Part shown: positions 1 to 13,009 of the stretch, one piece after another | How the letters are laid out: every line of letters starts with the position of its first letter | Position numbering within the stretch: position 1 is the first letter of the stretch | Assembly (NCBI GenBank): GCA_951406725.2 | Contig: OX597832.1 | Span: 13,082,001-13,146,000 of the forward strand | Direction of reading: 5' to 3' | Length of the DNA: 64,000 bases | Origin: Octopus vulgaris | Lineage: Eukaryota | Notes under the pieces: generated by a model | Told to the model about the DNA's origin: nothing | The model's input: only the letters and a program-made list of their open reading frames with translations | Database searches by the model: none | Made by a program: the position numbers and the translations under genes

Positions 1-113
1 AGGAAATTATTCGGAATTTATGAGAATTATAACATCGATGATGAAAATATAAACGACAGTAATACATAATGAAGTCCACTGAAAAATATATCTTTCAAGA
101 TTATTTAATGCCT

Positions 114-252
114 AATTCTACCGATGTCGATTTTACCTTTCATCATTTCGGGGTCGATAAATTAAGTACCAGATGCGTACTGGAGTCGATCTAATCCACT
201 GGCCACCCCCTCTCCCAAAATGTTGTGCCTTGTACCTAGAGTATAAAAGAAT
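114..252 (+). mobile_element. 5'-truncated SINE (family B body)
   Basis: Body motif cctttcatcatttcggggtcgataaattaagtaccag shared with other copies; 14-bp TSD attatttaatgcct at 100-113 and 253-266. Confidence 0.8.
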
Positions 253-281
253 ATTATTTAATGCCTGTTATATGCATTAGT

Positions 282-548
282 TCCGGCAGGGGGTGGTGGT
301 GATCCCTGCTGTACTCTTTCACCACAACTTTCTCTCACTCTTACTTCCTGTTTCTGTTGTACCTGTATTTCAAGGGGCCGGCCTTGTCACTCTCTGTGTC
401 ACGCTGAATATCCCCGAGAACTACGTTAAGGGTACACGTGTCTGTGGAGTGCTCAGCCACTTACACGTTAATTTCACGAGCAGGCTGTTCCGTTGATCGG
501 ATTAACCGGAACCCTCATCGTCGTAACCGACTGAGTGTTTAATAATTA
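282..548 (+). mobile_element. 5'-truncated SINE, family A, tail type i
   Basis: Near-identical to 7389-7774 and 44493-44790 (the same spurious 67-aa ORF appears three times); 12-bp TSD atatgcattagt at 270-281 and 549-560. Confidence 0.9.
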
Positions 549-668
549 ATATGCATTAGTAATTAAATTATATAAATCGAGCTTTAAAAGCCTGCTATGC
601 AGGTATTATTGAATATTATAATTATTTAATACATTGAAGATTATTATCATCATTATAAAAGGCGTAGA

Positions 669-797
669 GTGGAGGCGCAATGGCCCAGTGGTTAGGGCAG
701 CGAACTCGCGTTCGAAGGATCGCGGTTTCGATTCCCAGACCGGGCGTTGTGTGCATTTATTGAGCACTTTCTTATTGTTTCTTGAGTAACAGCGAAA
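669..797 (+). mobile_element. SINE family A tRNA-like head, internally deleted
   Basis: Pol III A box tggcccagtggtt and B box gtttcgattc; same head as 29883 and 46073. Confidence 0.8.
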
Positions 798-2036
798 TAA
801 AAAACATCATACAACACATAGAAACTACGGTGTTGTTCGGGAAAGGTCTGGACCGCAGGATAATGACTTAGATGCAGAAATGTCTAGATCCACGGTCTAA
901 ATCAGTGATTTAATGTGAATATGTAAAAATAAATACTCATTATTTTTCTCGATAGAGAAAAATTTACAGATTCTTATATACTTGTAATTATCTGGTCATT
1001 AAGAATGAAATGTCCGATTTTCTTATTCACGAAGTTTGACAGTCGTTAACTGCAATGCCTTATCCTGACAATTCTTTGTTTTACAACATAGAAGAATTAC
1101 ATCATCACTTTTCGAAATGCAAATATCTTCTGTAATACTTGACCAAGAAACCTCCTTTCCTAATATGCACAAAATTTCATTTATCTTTCTCTCACTCAGC
1201 CTACCACTGGGTATCAGGACAATCAAATATGTGCACCTGAGTGTTAAAGGGGAAATATGACCGTTTAAATTCAACGACATTACAAACGTACTGTCCAAAG
1301 CACCTTACATTTCCCGCTTTCCGTTTTCACTGTAACGATAGCTTAGTTTATGTTCAAATTCCAACTTCAGTAGCAATATTTTAAAGCTTCTATTACTCCT
1401 TGTCCTGCACTTTTTCAGGTTGATTTGACTAAGTATATTATCACTCCTGCACTTTCCCCTCCTTGTACAGCTTTATACCATTCTTAAATACCGTTGTTAC
1501 ATGTACCCGAGACAAATATAAATATAACTTTACAATATTTTTTCATGCAAGAGGGCATCAAATATGAAAGAGAAAGATAATGAAATTAAGAGTCATTCAT
1601 GCATTTTTCATATATAAGTAAAACTATTTTTCATATCTTTGTTCTATGAAATTGAAATATAAAGAAAAAAAATCGATTAGATCGATTTATTTTTCAGACG
1701 ACGACAAGACATGAGATTTATAGGATAAATAGTGAATTGGAAATTTGCTCAAGCATTGCTTATAACACGAATAAATATATTTGTTAAAGAATGAAATGTC
1801 TGCAAGTGGAAATCTGGGTATGAGTCTCACCTTGTTATAAAGTTCAGTAGTCACTAAGTGAATAAATATGTGTTGCTTTAGAATACTAATATATGTGGAA
1901 CAACAGAAAACTGTTCTTTGAAGTATTTAGTTAATTTAGTTTACGTCATACATTCCGAATACACAAGATATGTGTGTCCCCACTGGAAATATATTGCCAT
2001 GATGCAACTGTTTAAAGCAAGCGGTTGAAACTATAT

Positions 2037-2252
2037 CAGAGGGGTGCTGAACAGTTATTGGTTTTAAGGGCGTCGCGAAGGCCTGGCTGCAGGCCAACTT
2101 TTCGAGTTCATTTATAAGACTTAAAAAAAATTGAAGGACCGGTGCCATAAGTGTGTGAATCTGAGATGACAATATGTTGAATAAAATCATAATTAACTGA
2201 TCTTCCTATGTTTTCTTTTACCCAAGGCAGGAACTTTTCCGCTCTCTCTCGT
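2037..2252 (+). mobile_element. Mariner-derived MITE
   Basis: Imperfect TIRs (cagaggggtgctgaacagtt / aacttttccgctctctctcg); interior encodes decayed mariner C-terminus (LKDRCHKCVNLR*QYVE*). Confidence 0.6.
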
Positions 2253-2547
2253 TGGTGTTTGACGTTCGAATCTCCTGTTCAAACTACAAGCTTATCGGCT
2301 TCATCCTTCATTGGGCCAGTAGTGACCTCTCAGTTCTCAATACTACAGTCTTTGCCGATGAAGCTATCTTTGGCACCTTATTAAAATTTCGGTGTCCGTC
2401 CGGATTCGAATGTGTACCCATCTCACTCTTGTAACCCATCAACGCATGACAAGTACATTAAGTCCATTTCAAACAACGCCTAATCTTGCGCAATTATATC
2501 AACCGGAACGAATCTATTACTTACAGACGCGACGATGTTTTTTTCTC

Positions 2548-2881
<334 letters not shown>

Positions 2882-2977
2882 TAGTCGCTTGGTATTTTTG
2901 TGTCTATTCCATCCAAGTATTCGTGGCCTCCTTACTCAGCTTTTCTTTATGCGTTACTCATATTTTGCCCCGCAAAA

Positions 2978-3345
2978 GCGGCGAGGTAGCAGAAACGTTA
3001 GCACGCCGGGCGAAATGCTTAGCGATATTTCGTCTGTCTTAACGTTCTGAGTTCAAATTCCGCCGAGGTCGACTTTGCCTTTCATTCTTTCGGGGTCGAT
3101 TAAATAAGTACCAGTTACGCACTAGAGTCGATATAATCGACTTAATCCGTTTGTCCTTGTTTGTCCCCTCTGTGTGTAGCCCCTTGTGGGTAGTAAAGAA
3201 ATAGGTATTTCGTCTGTCTTTACGTTCTGAGTTCAAATTCTGCCGAGGTTGACTTTGACTCTTTCGGGGTCGATAAATCATGTAGCGGTCATGTACTGGG
3301 GTCGATCTAATCGGCTGGCCCCAAAATCTTCGGGTCTTGTGCCTA
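2978..3345 (+). mobile_element. SINE family B, full copy plus tandem partial copy
   Basis: gcggcgag..gcagaaacgttagc head, B box gttcaaattc, tail gccccttgtgggtagtaaagaaatag; second partial unit from about 3205. Confidence 0.88.
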
Positions 3346-3769
3346 TTTTGCCCAACTATCAAACCTTATATAACGCTTTATTCTTCCTACATAGGCCCAC
3401 TGGAAAATCCTCAGTATCTATATCCTTTTCAGCATTTCAGAGGAATATATCTGAACCAAACTCACTGGATTTCGAGGGCCGGTAAAACTCATGAAATTTG
3501 CAATCTACTTAAAATTTGAGAACTAAAATAATGATTATCCCGCCTTTTCTCAGCTAGTATTTGTCGTTGTTTATTTTTATTTAATTGATTCGAGAAGAAA
3601 TGGTTTTAGCCATGTCCCACATCATGAAATAGCTTCTTTTCGCAGATTTTCAGAGACAAATAATGTTTGCTGCATTCGTGTTACTTGTGAACAGCTGTGA
3701 AAAAAAAAAAGAAAAAAAAAAGTGAGAGAAATCTAAGGGATCAAATTTTTGCGAACGAAAATTAATATG

Positions 3770-5960
3770 TTGATATGCCACGAGAACTCCATGTGAGTAT
3801 TGACTATTGTATCTGGATGAAAACCAGAGAAAAGACAGGACATCTGTTTGGCAGAGGCTTTGATATGAGAGGGGATAGAATGTATTTTTAACTGGAGTGT
3901 AGTAAGCGAGTTACAGATTAAAATCAGTTATATCGTCGAGATGAGTGACAACGTCTTCTTATTAAATTTTTTGATAACGGGAGCTTAAGAGTTTTGAGAA
4001 GAAAACTAGCTTTATAAATACTGCACTGGTGGACAATATGGAGTAAGGGGCAGTCAAGCACTTGAGGGTTGTTTATAAATTGGAAATACTGGAAATGAGT
4101 AGGGTGGAGCGGTAGTTGACTTGCGGCGAGCTGGCAGAATCGTTAGCACACCGGGCGAAATGCGTAGCCGTATTCCGTCTGTCGTTACGTTATGAGTTCA
4201 AATTCCGCCGAGGTGGACTTTGCCTTTCATCCTTTCGGGGTCGATAAATTAAGTACCAGTTACGCACTGGGGTCGATGTAATCGACTTAATACCTATGTC
4301 TGTCCTTGTTTGTCCCCTCTGTGTTTAGCCCCTTGTGGGTAATAAAGAAATAGGTAGTTGACTTGCTAAGAATGGTTATCTTTCTTCAGATGTTACAATC
4401 TGTGGCACACTTTCAAACTGAAACTAACACGACATTGTTGAAAGGCAAGTTTAGAGAGGACGTGGGTTAAAGCTACGCGTCCTCCCACTCCATTGGTCAG
4501 TTGAAGCTTAGACACTGTCATGTGACAGTTAGCTGGTGCTGGCTGCTGGAGCCGACCGGCGAGTATTTAATGGTAAATTTGGCAGGACGGTCAGTCGCCG
4601 GCTGACATTGGATGACGTTGCATCGAAGAAACCAAAGAAGAAAAAAAAGGAGAAAGAAGAATGAAGAAACCTCTGAAATGAGAGGCCACGCCAAGTCAAA
4701 AATGATAGAGCTGTAGGTGCCGAAATCGGACGTGGTTCCTCTCGATAATTTCTTTACCTACTGGTTCCTATAAAGGAGCTGTTGAGGTAGAGATCCACAA
4801 AACGTTGTTGGAATTCCTCTAGTGCCGGTGGTTATGTTGGTTTGAAGAGACCGGAAGTTTTTTTTTTCCACTCTGTGTGTGTGTATGTGCATGGTTATGA
4901 GCATAACTGAGTTTAAATGTATGGTTTGGCGGTTTAGCCTGTGGTGTGTGCGTGTGTGTGTGTGTGTGCGCGTTCGTGCGTTCGCGTGTGTGTGTATGCG
5001 TGCAAGCGTGTGTGTGTGTGCGTGTAAGTGTGTGTGTGTGTATGTGCAGTGCCGAGTTGAAACGTTCTTTCCTCGGTAGATTGCTGTTCCTAGAGACATA
5101 ATGCTGGATAAATGCAGCATTAATAGAATCCACAATGTTAAGATTGATTTAGGAACGTTCCAGAAGAATCGGTCGCAGATTGGAAAGTGAGACTCTTTGT
5201 TGAAATGAATATGCATAGAGGCATCTGTCTTTGTTCACATAATATCATGCAGGATTTACGATACTTCATAAGGCCTGCTATGTTTGTAAAGATGGATGGT
5301 TTTCTCCATGAGCTGTAAATCCGTTGTTTCACTTGAACTGTTGCAGTGAAGTTATCAGTGATATAAATGACATTCTATCGAATTTCATTGGGTAGATTTG
5401 ATAAGTTGGTGTTTGTGACCCCAATGATTTGACAGGGGTTGGCTTTGGCGTTGTTGGTTATAGCAGGATTATTTGGAGAATCCAGTTATCGATTAAGTAT
5501 GCATACAAAGGTTGGAAATAGTTTATGGTGTTGGAGCTAGTGATATATTTGGTGCCAGCACTAGAATTCTCCTACAGAGACGAGCCTTCAATCTAAGAAA
5601 GTTATGAGTAATTGTGATATCAATAGTGGGATATCGGAGAGGAGTAGAGTGATATTCATATGCTCGAAGTAAGAAACGATATGATCAAAGAGTCGTTAGA
5701 AGTTTAAGGAGTCTGGAGGCAAAACAAATGAAACTTGTGAGGCGGGAGATTCTGGGCCTTAGTACCAGGATGCCTTTGTTGTTGATAGAGATACGAAAAG
5801 TTTGCATGCACAGATAGGATATTTTAAAGGGGAGTTTGAGTACCGTGTGTGATCTGGAAAGTAGATTGCAACTATAGATAATGGTTGATATATTTGTGTT
5901 TCGAAAACGAAAATAATGGTTTTATTCAGCGCTGTTAGGTTTAGACTTGTAGCAACGTAC
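3770..5960 (-). mobile_element. Heavily decayed APE-type LINE (Jockey/CR1-like) ORF2 remnant
   Basis: Minus-strand fragments IIFVFETQ, LFDHIVSYFEH, DRFFWNVPKSI and THMEFSWHI occur in the order expected for APE, linker and post-RT; many stops and frameshifts; interrupted by a SINE and (GT)n. Confidence 0.55.
4125..4352 (+). mobile_element. SINE family B, full length
   Basis: Complete head/body/tail; 14-bp TSD ggtagttgacttgc at 4111-4124 and 4353-4366. Confidence 0.93.
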
Positions 5961-6121
5961 TGAGGATTTTCGGGAAGAAGCAAATTTTGTCTCGAGCCAG
6001 TCTTGATACTTGCGACAGGGTAATTTTCACAATAGACTGATGAGGTTAAGCAAGGCTGTGTGATTTGTTGGCCAATAGAACAACAATAAGGAAGATAAAA
6101 CCCTCTACGCTTCACAAAACT

Positions 6122-6873
6122 AGGATCTTTTGTTTGGCGTTATCGGTGGAAATTTTAAAGTTGACTGAAATTTTAAAATTTGGTGTATTTATATAATTTT
6201 ATATAATATATATATAATATATAACGCTTAATCCTCTGGGTTAATTCACTTTTGTGAGAAAGATTTTAAAAAAAAGTTAGAGTGATTTAAATTTTGATAA
6301 TTTTTATCCAGTCAGCAAACAGGATTTGGAAGCTGTCATTTTGTGCGTGACAGCACGTGTTGTTAACTATAAACAAATGAAATAATGGTGGATTTCTGCT
6401 TTACGCACGCCATATAACCCATAAGAGCTTTTTATTTTTTGGAATTTTCAGAAAATTTTGAGAAATTGTATTCTACACACACAAATTCATATTATTTACA
6501 CACACAAATTCAAATTTAGTGCGTAATTTAAGACCTACTTAGTTATTATGTTTAGCAAATCTCAGAACCACCTCATAACACACACATTTTAAGCATTTAA
6601 CAGGCGAACACCGATCACGTGGGTAAGCACCTTGGTAACAGTTTGGCTTGTTACTATGGAAACAGGCACTTATATGTCCGTGGCTTTCGTTTGACTAAAA
6701 TTACACAAAATTTGCAAACTTTAAATGCTATCAGCTCTTTATTGATTTATGGCGAAAATGAAATTTATGTCAATGATTTCCATTCAAAACTACACCAATA
6801 CCCCAAACTTTGAAATCAGTTGGAACAAAAGTATCGAAGAAATTGAAAAGTGGCAGTTAAACAGAATAGACCC
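6122..6873. mobile_element. Non-autonomous DNA transposon (related fragment at about 34691-34950)
   Basis: Right end aacagaatagaccc with degenerate inverted match at left end; internal block aaacaggatttggaagctgtcatttt recurs near 34890-34915. Confidence 0.5.
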
Positions 6874-7388
6874 AGAATTATAATCCTACCTGAGAATATT
6901 TTCTTCAGCGTTCACACAGTCTGAGCATATAATACTATCCTTTAAAAAAAATGTGGCCACAAAAATACCATCAAATTCCTCACTCACACAACGCTATTAC
7001 ATAAACAAGGAAATGTTTCCAGAATAGTTGTGGATGTTCAGTTATAATCTAGGTCAAATATACTCACAACCATTTATTGGTTTTGTATATTTTTCTTTTA
7101 CTTTTATTCGGTTACTTCACTGAACCAATATAATATAAAGTGACAATTTTACTTCATCGTGCCAGTCTGTATGAAAGACTTCATTCCCAACAGAAATTTC
7201 ACACTGAACGGATAAATTCGTAAGTAAAAGTGACGTGATAATTCGCCTAGTTCTCTTTCATATGTTAGCCAGCAATTTTTGTTATCCACTAGTCTTATTA
7301 TAAATACAAGTAATACAATTACCTAACGTCAATAAAAAAAAATCTATACCTTGTCTGCAAAATTGTGACTGAGTGTATATGTGAGAAA

Positions 7389-7774
7389 TAGAAGCACTCC
7401 GTCGGTTACGACGACGAGGGTTCCGGTTGATCCGAATCAACGGAACAGCCTGCTCGTGAAATTAACGTGTAAGTGGCTGAGCACTCCACAGACACGTGTA
7501 CCCTTAGCGTAGTTCTCGGGGATATTCAGCGTGACACAGAGAGTGACAAGGCCGGCCCTTTGAAATACAGGTACAACAGAAACAGGAAGTAAGAGTGAGA
7601 GAAAGTTGTGGTGAAAGAGTACAGCAGGGATCACCACCATCCCCTGCCGGAGCCTCGTGGAACTTTTAGGTGTTTTCGCTCAATAAACACTCACAACGCC
7701 CGGTCTGGGAATCGAAACCGCGATCCTATGACCGCGAGTCCGCTGCCTTAACCACTGGGCCATTGCGCCTCCAC
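7389..7774 (-). mobile_element. SINE family A, full length, tail type i
   Basis: tRNA-like head with A/B boxes; 12-bp TSD atatgtgagaaa at 7377-7388 and 7775-7786. Confidence 0.93.
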
Positions 7775-7884
7775 ATATGTGAGAAACGACTATTGATATC
7801 AACAACGTCCAGAGAAAATTTGCGTCAGAGTCCCAAGAACAATCCTTTCTGTTTGGAGAAAAAGCCTGAAATATTGGTTGATGG

Positions 7885-8040
7885 TGGCTAGTCGATTACA
7901 TCGACGCCAGTGCTCGACTTGTATTTATTGCATCGACCCCGACAGAAGGAAAGGCAAAGTCGATCTCAGCAGAATTTGAACTCAGTACCTAACAACTGAC
8001 GAAATGCTGCTAAGCGTTGTGTCCGGTGTACTAACGATTA
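7885..8040 (-). mobile_element. Old SINE family B copy
   Basis: Diverged match: gaaaggcaaagtcgatctcagcagaatttgaactcag. Confidence 0.7.
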
Positions 8041-9119
8041 GCCTAATTATCTTGACTGTAACCAAATAGTTTATGGCAGTTTATTCGATGTTCTCATCAA
8101 AAAATTTCATTGCCGTTTTTATGTCATTTCTTATTTATTTTGCCATGGAAGTACTAGAGTGTTACTCAACGGCTGTAGTCGGCTGTTTGAACGTGTCTGT
8201 GAATACAGATTAAACCTAAACTTCCATTTACGTTCTCGATTAACATCATGTCATGGTTAATCTTACCATTTAACATTCTTGGTTCGATAAAAGAGTTAAT
8301 TAAATTATATTGGGTAGTTTTAATCGGATATACCTCCCGAGGAAATGTGAGATTGTGTACCCGTCTTAAATATCAGTTTTAAACACATACATGTGAATCA
8401 CACACAGCTCCCGACTAATAAGCAAAAACTCAAAACCTACATATCACTTCCAATTGAATCAACATATAAAAGTGTGATAGTTTTACTTTTAGCAACACAG
8501 ATGTGTGAAACATTGAGTAACGATTTGGTCACCTGGTATTCGGAAACGAAACGGTAATTGTCTGAAACATAGGGCTAGCAGTCTCTGAATTTCGCTTGTT
8601 GTTAACATACGATTATAAATACACCTTATACTTTATACACGAGATGCTAATGACTAGAACAGGTGATTCTTAATTGGTGCTAATTAGCGTTAAATTCATT
8701 TTATCACTTCAAGTGTAAGGTTATTATTTTCCAAATATTGGGAAATTAATGTGAACACAGAGGCTCAAGAAAACATCAAAAGATTTGTAAAAGGAGAAAT
8801 ACTTAGCCACCAGCAAATAATAGTGCTATTTGCTTGTGGTTAAGTATTTTCCTTTTACAGACTCATTCAATATTGCTACTCTGAACAGATTCAATACTGT
8901 AAAAGTGATGTGGCCTTAGTGTAATTACTACTTTAACAAGTCATTAATCTAATGATGTATCCGTCTCAGTTTGCATAAAAAGAAATAGTAAAAATAATGG
9001 TGCTTGTCGATTTGATACTGTGGCCCTATCGAGCAAAGAATTTAAATGCCACTAATTTATAAGTAGAAGTAAAAGGATTTTGTACCAACAGAGGCAAAAA
9101 TATTTCATGAGTAAATAAT

Positions 9120-9325
9120 TGTTTCGAACTTTGGCATATGGCTAGTAATTTTTAATTGGGAGGAGATCCGAAGTACATCGGCTCCAGCAATAGGCTGGTA
9201 CTTATTTTACAGACCCTGAAAGCATAGACAACCTCTGTGGAATTTGCATTTAAAACGTAAAGAACTTGAAAAAAAGCTGCAAATTATTTTGTTCGGCTCG
9301 CTAAAGATTCAGCCAGATAGCTGCC
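9120..9325 (-). mobile_element. Very old SINE family B copy
   Basis: Diverged ctggtacttattttacagaccctgaaag and ggaatttgcatttaaaacgtaaag blocks. Confidence 0.55.
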
Positions 9326-10492
9326 TAACTTAATGAATAAAGAGCACACATATTTTGTTATATTTTCTTCACACTAATTGCGATCGCATACAGTCAACCA
9401 ATTTTTCCAGTTACCGACCATTTACTAAAATCTCAATTCAGACTACTTTAAACATATTTGATGAAACTCTATCTTTTGCATATTTGTTGGATCGATCTTA
9501 CGTTTATCGAAACTAGGATACAAAGAGGAACACAATTTAGCACGACAAAATAAAGAATCATTTACAACTGTGATGTTTTATTTGTCTGGACCTATTTTCA
9601 GATATCTGAATTGGGAGATTCGGCAAATAAAATTTGACAATATTCAAAAACAACTTTATGTAACTTAAAACACATAACCGCGTAGAAACAGCCACATGCG
9701 CTCTCTACAAAAACGCATCGGTCAATTACTGGTGTCGATTTCTTCCTCTATATTCTTCCTTTGCAAATATGTGGCTAAGTACCTAAGTTATAAATCGATA
9801 TTCTTATATAAATAACTTCATATGATGTAGCATTTTTAATTGCTGAAGTTCTGAAACTGTTGTATCCGGAGGAAGGTTATCGCACTAAGTATGGTAAATG
9901 AAATATTTGTTCTATTGAATTCTTTGAAGATATCTTGATCATTCTGATACACGAGATATTCTAAGCGAAAATATTGAACGTATCGCAGACCAGTGTTTGT
10001 GATTTCGTAATCTAAAATATAAAATAAAGTTTCTTTTGTAATCTATTATATTCTTCTAAGGAAATTTTTAAATAAGTAAGGTAAATGCGAGTAACATCTT
10101 ATGAAAAATATAATCTGTCTGGGCATCTAGAACTGCCCTATAGAATGTGTTAAATCATGAGAAAAACAATAGACTGTGAGTCATTCAAGGTTTCCAAAAT
10201 AGATTTTATTAAAACACATAGCTGACTGAACATTGATTTTGGTGAAATGTTGTCAGAAATTGGTTTATAGATAGCTTTCAGGAGAGTTCACGGTAAATGT
10301 TTTACAAACACGATGAATTAATTCACACGAATGGAAGACAACAAAATTAAGTAAAAAAAAAAAAAAAAAAGGAATAGTATTAGCAACAAATAAATAGTAT
10401 ACTCAAGTGACAGGTACTTGAAACATACAAAAATATTCTAGAATTGTAAATCTAAACTGGGCACTTCAATCGCTATGCGGTTAAGAAATTTC

Positions 10493-10926
10493 GGATCTTT
10501 TCGGTTTGAACGGCAGTTTTTTCTAGCGGTGTCATATGAAATTGTCACCCATAATTATGACCCTAGTATCGGTCTATTGCATTTCAATCTGTTTTAGGGT
10601 TAGAGTTAGTTAGGGTAGGAGTTTGATGCGGAGGGTGTACCTTTTTTTCTTAACAAATGTAAATAAACACAATCCGTTTTTTAAACGAGGGACATATTCA
10701 TACGGCACATAATGTTTTTTTTTTTACCTCAACGGGCGTCGTTGATTGGTTGAAATTGCAGAAATTGAAGAATAAACCAACAAATATCTTGCAAACTATA
10801 GAATTTTCTCAATAAAGCCAAGAGAAAAAGATGTTTTATAAACACATTCTACCAGTATACGAAGTTTAAAATTTTTTAGTTGCCTAGAAATTATGTTAAA
10901 AACTGCCGTTCAAACCGAAAAGATCC
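10493..10926. mobile_element. MITE with 29-bp TIRs and 8-bp TSD (Merlin-like)
   Basis: Perfect TIR ggatcttttcggtttgaacggcagttttt; TSD gaaatttc at 10485-10492 and 10927-10934; GG termini. Confidence 0.88.
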
Positions 10927-11213
10927 GAAATTTCACTTGCAACCATGTGTTGCTGGGCGCGTACGTTCTAGGCAGTTTCATATTGCCTTTATACATTGGC
11001 GAAAGACATATTCCATAAAAATGTATGAAATCTTTGAGATATTCGTTGAACATAAAGCTTCGTGTGCTCCTTTCTTATTCATGCTCTTAGAAATGTAGTA
11101 AACTAGTGGCTGGCATAATTTAAAACTGTAACGAACATAGTTTGCGATTCAGTATAAATACAATACGTTTCAGTTTAAGAAAGTTGTGGATGAAATTTTG
11201 AGAAATTATGAAG

Positions 11214-11527
11214 GGCCACTCCGTCGGTTACGACGACGAGAGTCCCAGCTGATACTATCAACGGAACAGCTTGCTCGTGAAATTAACATGCAAATGGCTG
11301 AGTATTCCACAGACACGTGTACCATTAATGTAGTTCGCAAGGAGATTCAGCGTGACACAGAGTGTGACAAGGCTGGCCCTTTGAAATACAGGTACAACTC
11401 ATTTTTGCCAGCTGAGTGGACTGGAGCAACGTGAAATAAAGTGTCTTGCTCAAGGACACAACGCGTCGCCGGGAATCGAACTCACAACCTTACGATCATG
11501 AACCGAATGCCCTAACCACTAAGCCAC
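11214..11527 (-). mobile_element. SINE family C (tRNA head plus CORE-like block) carrying tail type i
   Basis: Head tggcttagtggttagggc..gttcgattc; block cttgagcaagacactttatttcacgttgctcc; 3' part homologous to family A tail. Confidence 0.85.
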
Positions 11528-11543
11528 CGTTGTGTAAAACGAA

Positions 11544-11630
11544 TACAGTAATCCCTCGACTATCGCAGGTGTTAAGTTCCCCAAACCCCGCGATAAGTAA
11601 AATTCCGCGAAGTAGAAACAATACTGTACT
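11544..11630 (+). mobile_element. pogo/Tigger-like transposon end
   Basis: TA followed by cagtaatccctcgac..cgcgataagtaaaattccgcgaagtagaaa; inverted homolog at 23762-23843. Confidence 0.65.
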
Positions 11631-11654
11631 GTATTTTTAAAGGTTTTTATAACA

Positions 11655-11872
11655 GCTGGAGAGGCTGTGTGGTATGTAGCTTGCTTACCAGCCATATGGT
11701 CATGGGTTCAGACCCACTGCGTGGCACCTTGGTCAACAATAAACAAAAGGAGTTATTGAACCTCTCACGACAGTTTTTACAATTATTGGACTTAATAATC
11801 CGTTACAAATAATAACATGCAATAACATTCAAAACCTTGTGAGTGGATTTGGTAGACGGAAGAAGCCCGTCG

Positions 11873-11928
<56 letters not shown>

Positions 11929-12135
11929 TGAGTCCGTGTTTGTCCCACCAACATCGCTTGACAACCGATGGTGGTGTGTTTACGTCCCCGTAACATAGCT
12001 GTTCGGCAAAAGAGGGCGATAGAATAAGTACTAGGCTTACAAAGAATAAGTCCTGGGGTCGACTTGCTCGAGTAAAGGTGGTGCTCCAGTATGGCCGCAG
12101 TAAAATGACTGAAACAAGTAAAAGATAAAAGATTA
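11655..12135 (+). mobile_element. SINE family D (CORE-like, internal microsatellite), interrupted by about 100 bp
   Basis: Head ggctgtgtggta..gggttcag; tail ggtgctccagtatggccgcagtaaaatgactgaaacaagtaaaag. Confidence 0.85.
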
Positions 12136-12139
12136 AAGA

Positions 12140-12345
12140 TTTCTCTAACCCTTGGTAGAGAAATAGGGTGCCAATTGAAGGTGGCTGATTGGTGGAGTGC
12201 TACAAAGCTGAGAAAATGACGTCCGGTAAGTAAGGAGACAATTCGGCGTAGTTTCAACGGTCGCTGGGTATTTGGTATGGCTGATTGAACTTTGAGCCTC
12301 CTTTGGCTATAGTACATTTCACCACAGGAGCCAAACGTGCGCACA
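12140..12345 (-). mobile_element. Possible Penelope-like GIY-YIG fragment
   Basis: SCGEMYYSQRRLKV...GRHF resembles C..CG..YIG.T.R.L....HF; degenerate. Confidence 0.35.
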
Positions 12346-13009
12346 CATACGTTCGCGTGTAGAAATTTTCAACAATTATTCTACTACATCATTCGGCAAA
12401 GAAATAAAGTGTTATGAACAGGTCCTGTACTAAACTCTGTACATGTCAAAACCACGGTCATGTTAATTCAGATATCCCTTTCAAAACTGGTGAAAGAATG
12501 AGGAAATAGAAGTACTTCTAGATGTAATTATCCAGCACTATAAACAAATCATCTGGATTCAGTTCGAAAATTCGACACATTCCGAATAACCTATTATAGA
12601 TAAATATGTTGAGGAAAATGACAAAATCTTGAAACTGAAAATAACCACAATGTGGATCCTGAATGCTAGTAATAGTAAGAAAGAAAAAAGAATGTAACAA
12701 TGCTTGCAATGTTACACAAAGTTCGAAATAGTCTGCATTTAGATGTAACCCACAAGACATTTTCAATTCTATAGAAGAACTCAAATAGTTGACTCACTGC
12801 ATACAATACGCAGACTGCACAATAATAATCAATTAGGCGGGAAAGGAAGTATTGTCGTATTTTTCGCATGTTTATTTTGAAAATACTTTTTTCAATAATT
12901 ACAGTTGAATATGCATAAGTCTTTGACACCAAATGCTATTTTTTTTCTTTTCTTTGCAGATTACTTCATACCATTGTGCTTAAATATCAAAGAATTTTAC
13001 TCTTTTAAA

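Noticed and set aside
293-496. 67-aa ORF repeated three times (also 7437-7640, 44538-44741)
   Set aside because: Lies wholly within SINE family A copies and starts at a non-ATG codon; identity reflects recent retrotransposition
1023-1298. 91-aa minus-strand ORF and possible micro-exon (VHIFDCPDTQW)
   Set aside because: No recognisable domain, non-ATG start, weak donor, no partner exons
6030-6085. CTGATGA followed by a stem
   Set aside because: No GAAA after the stem and no stem I/III; the HDV-like reading on the minus strand also fails to close
12940-12960. Strong splice-acceptor-like site
   Set aside because: All three frames close quickly and the downstream sequence is the mariner leader
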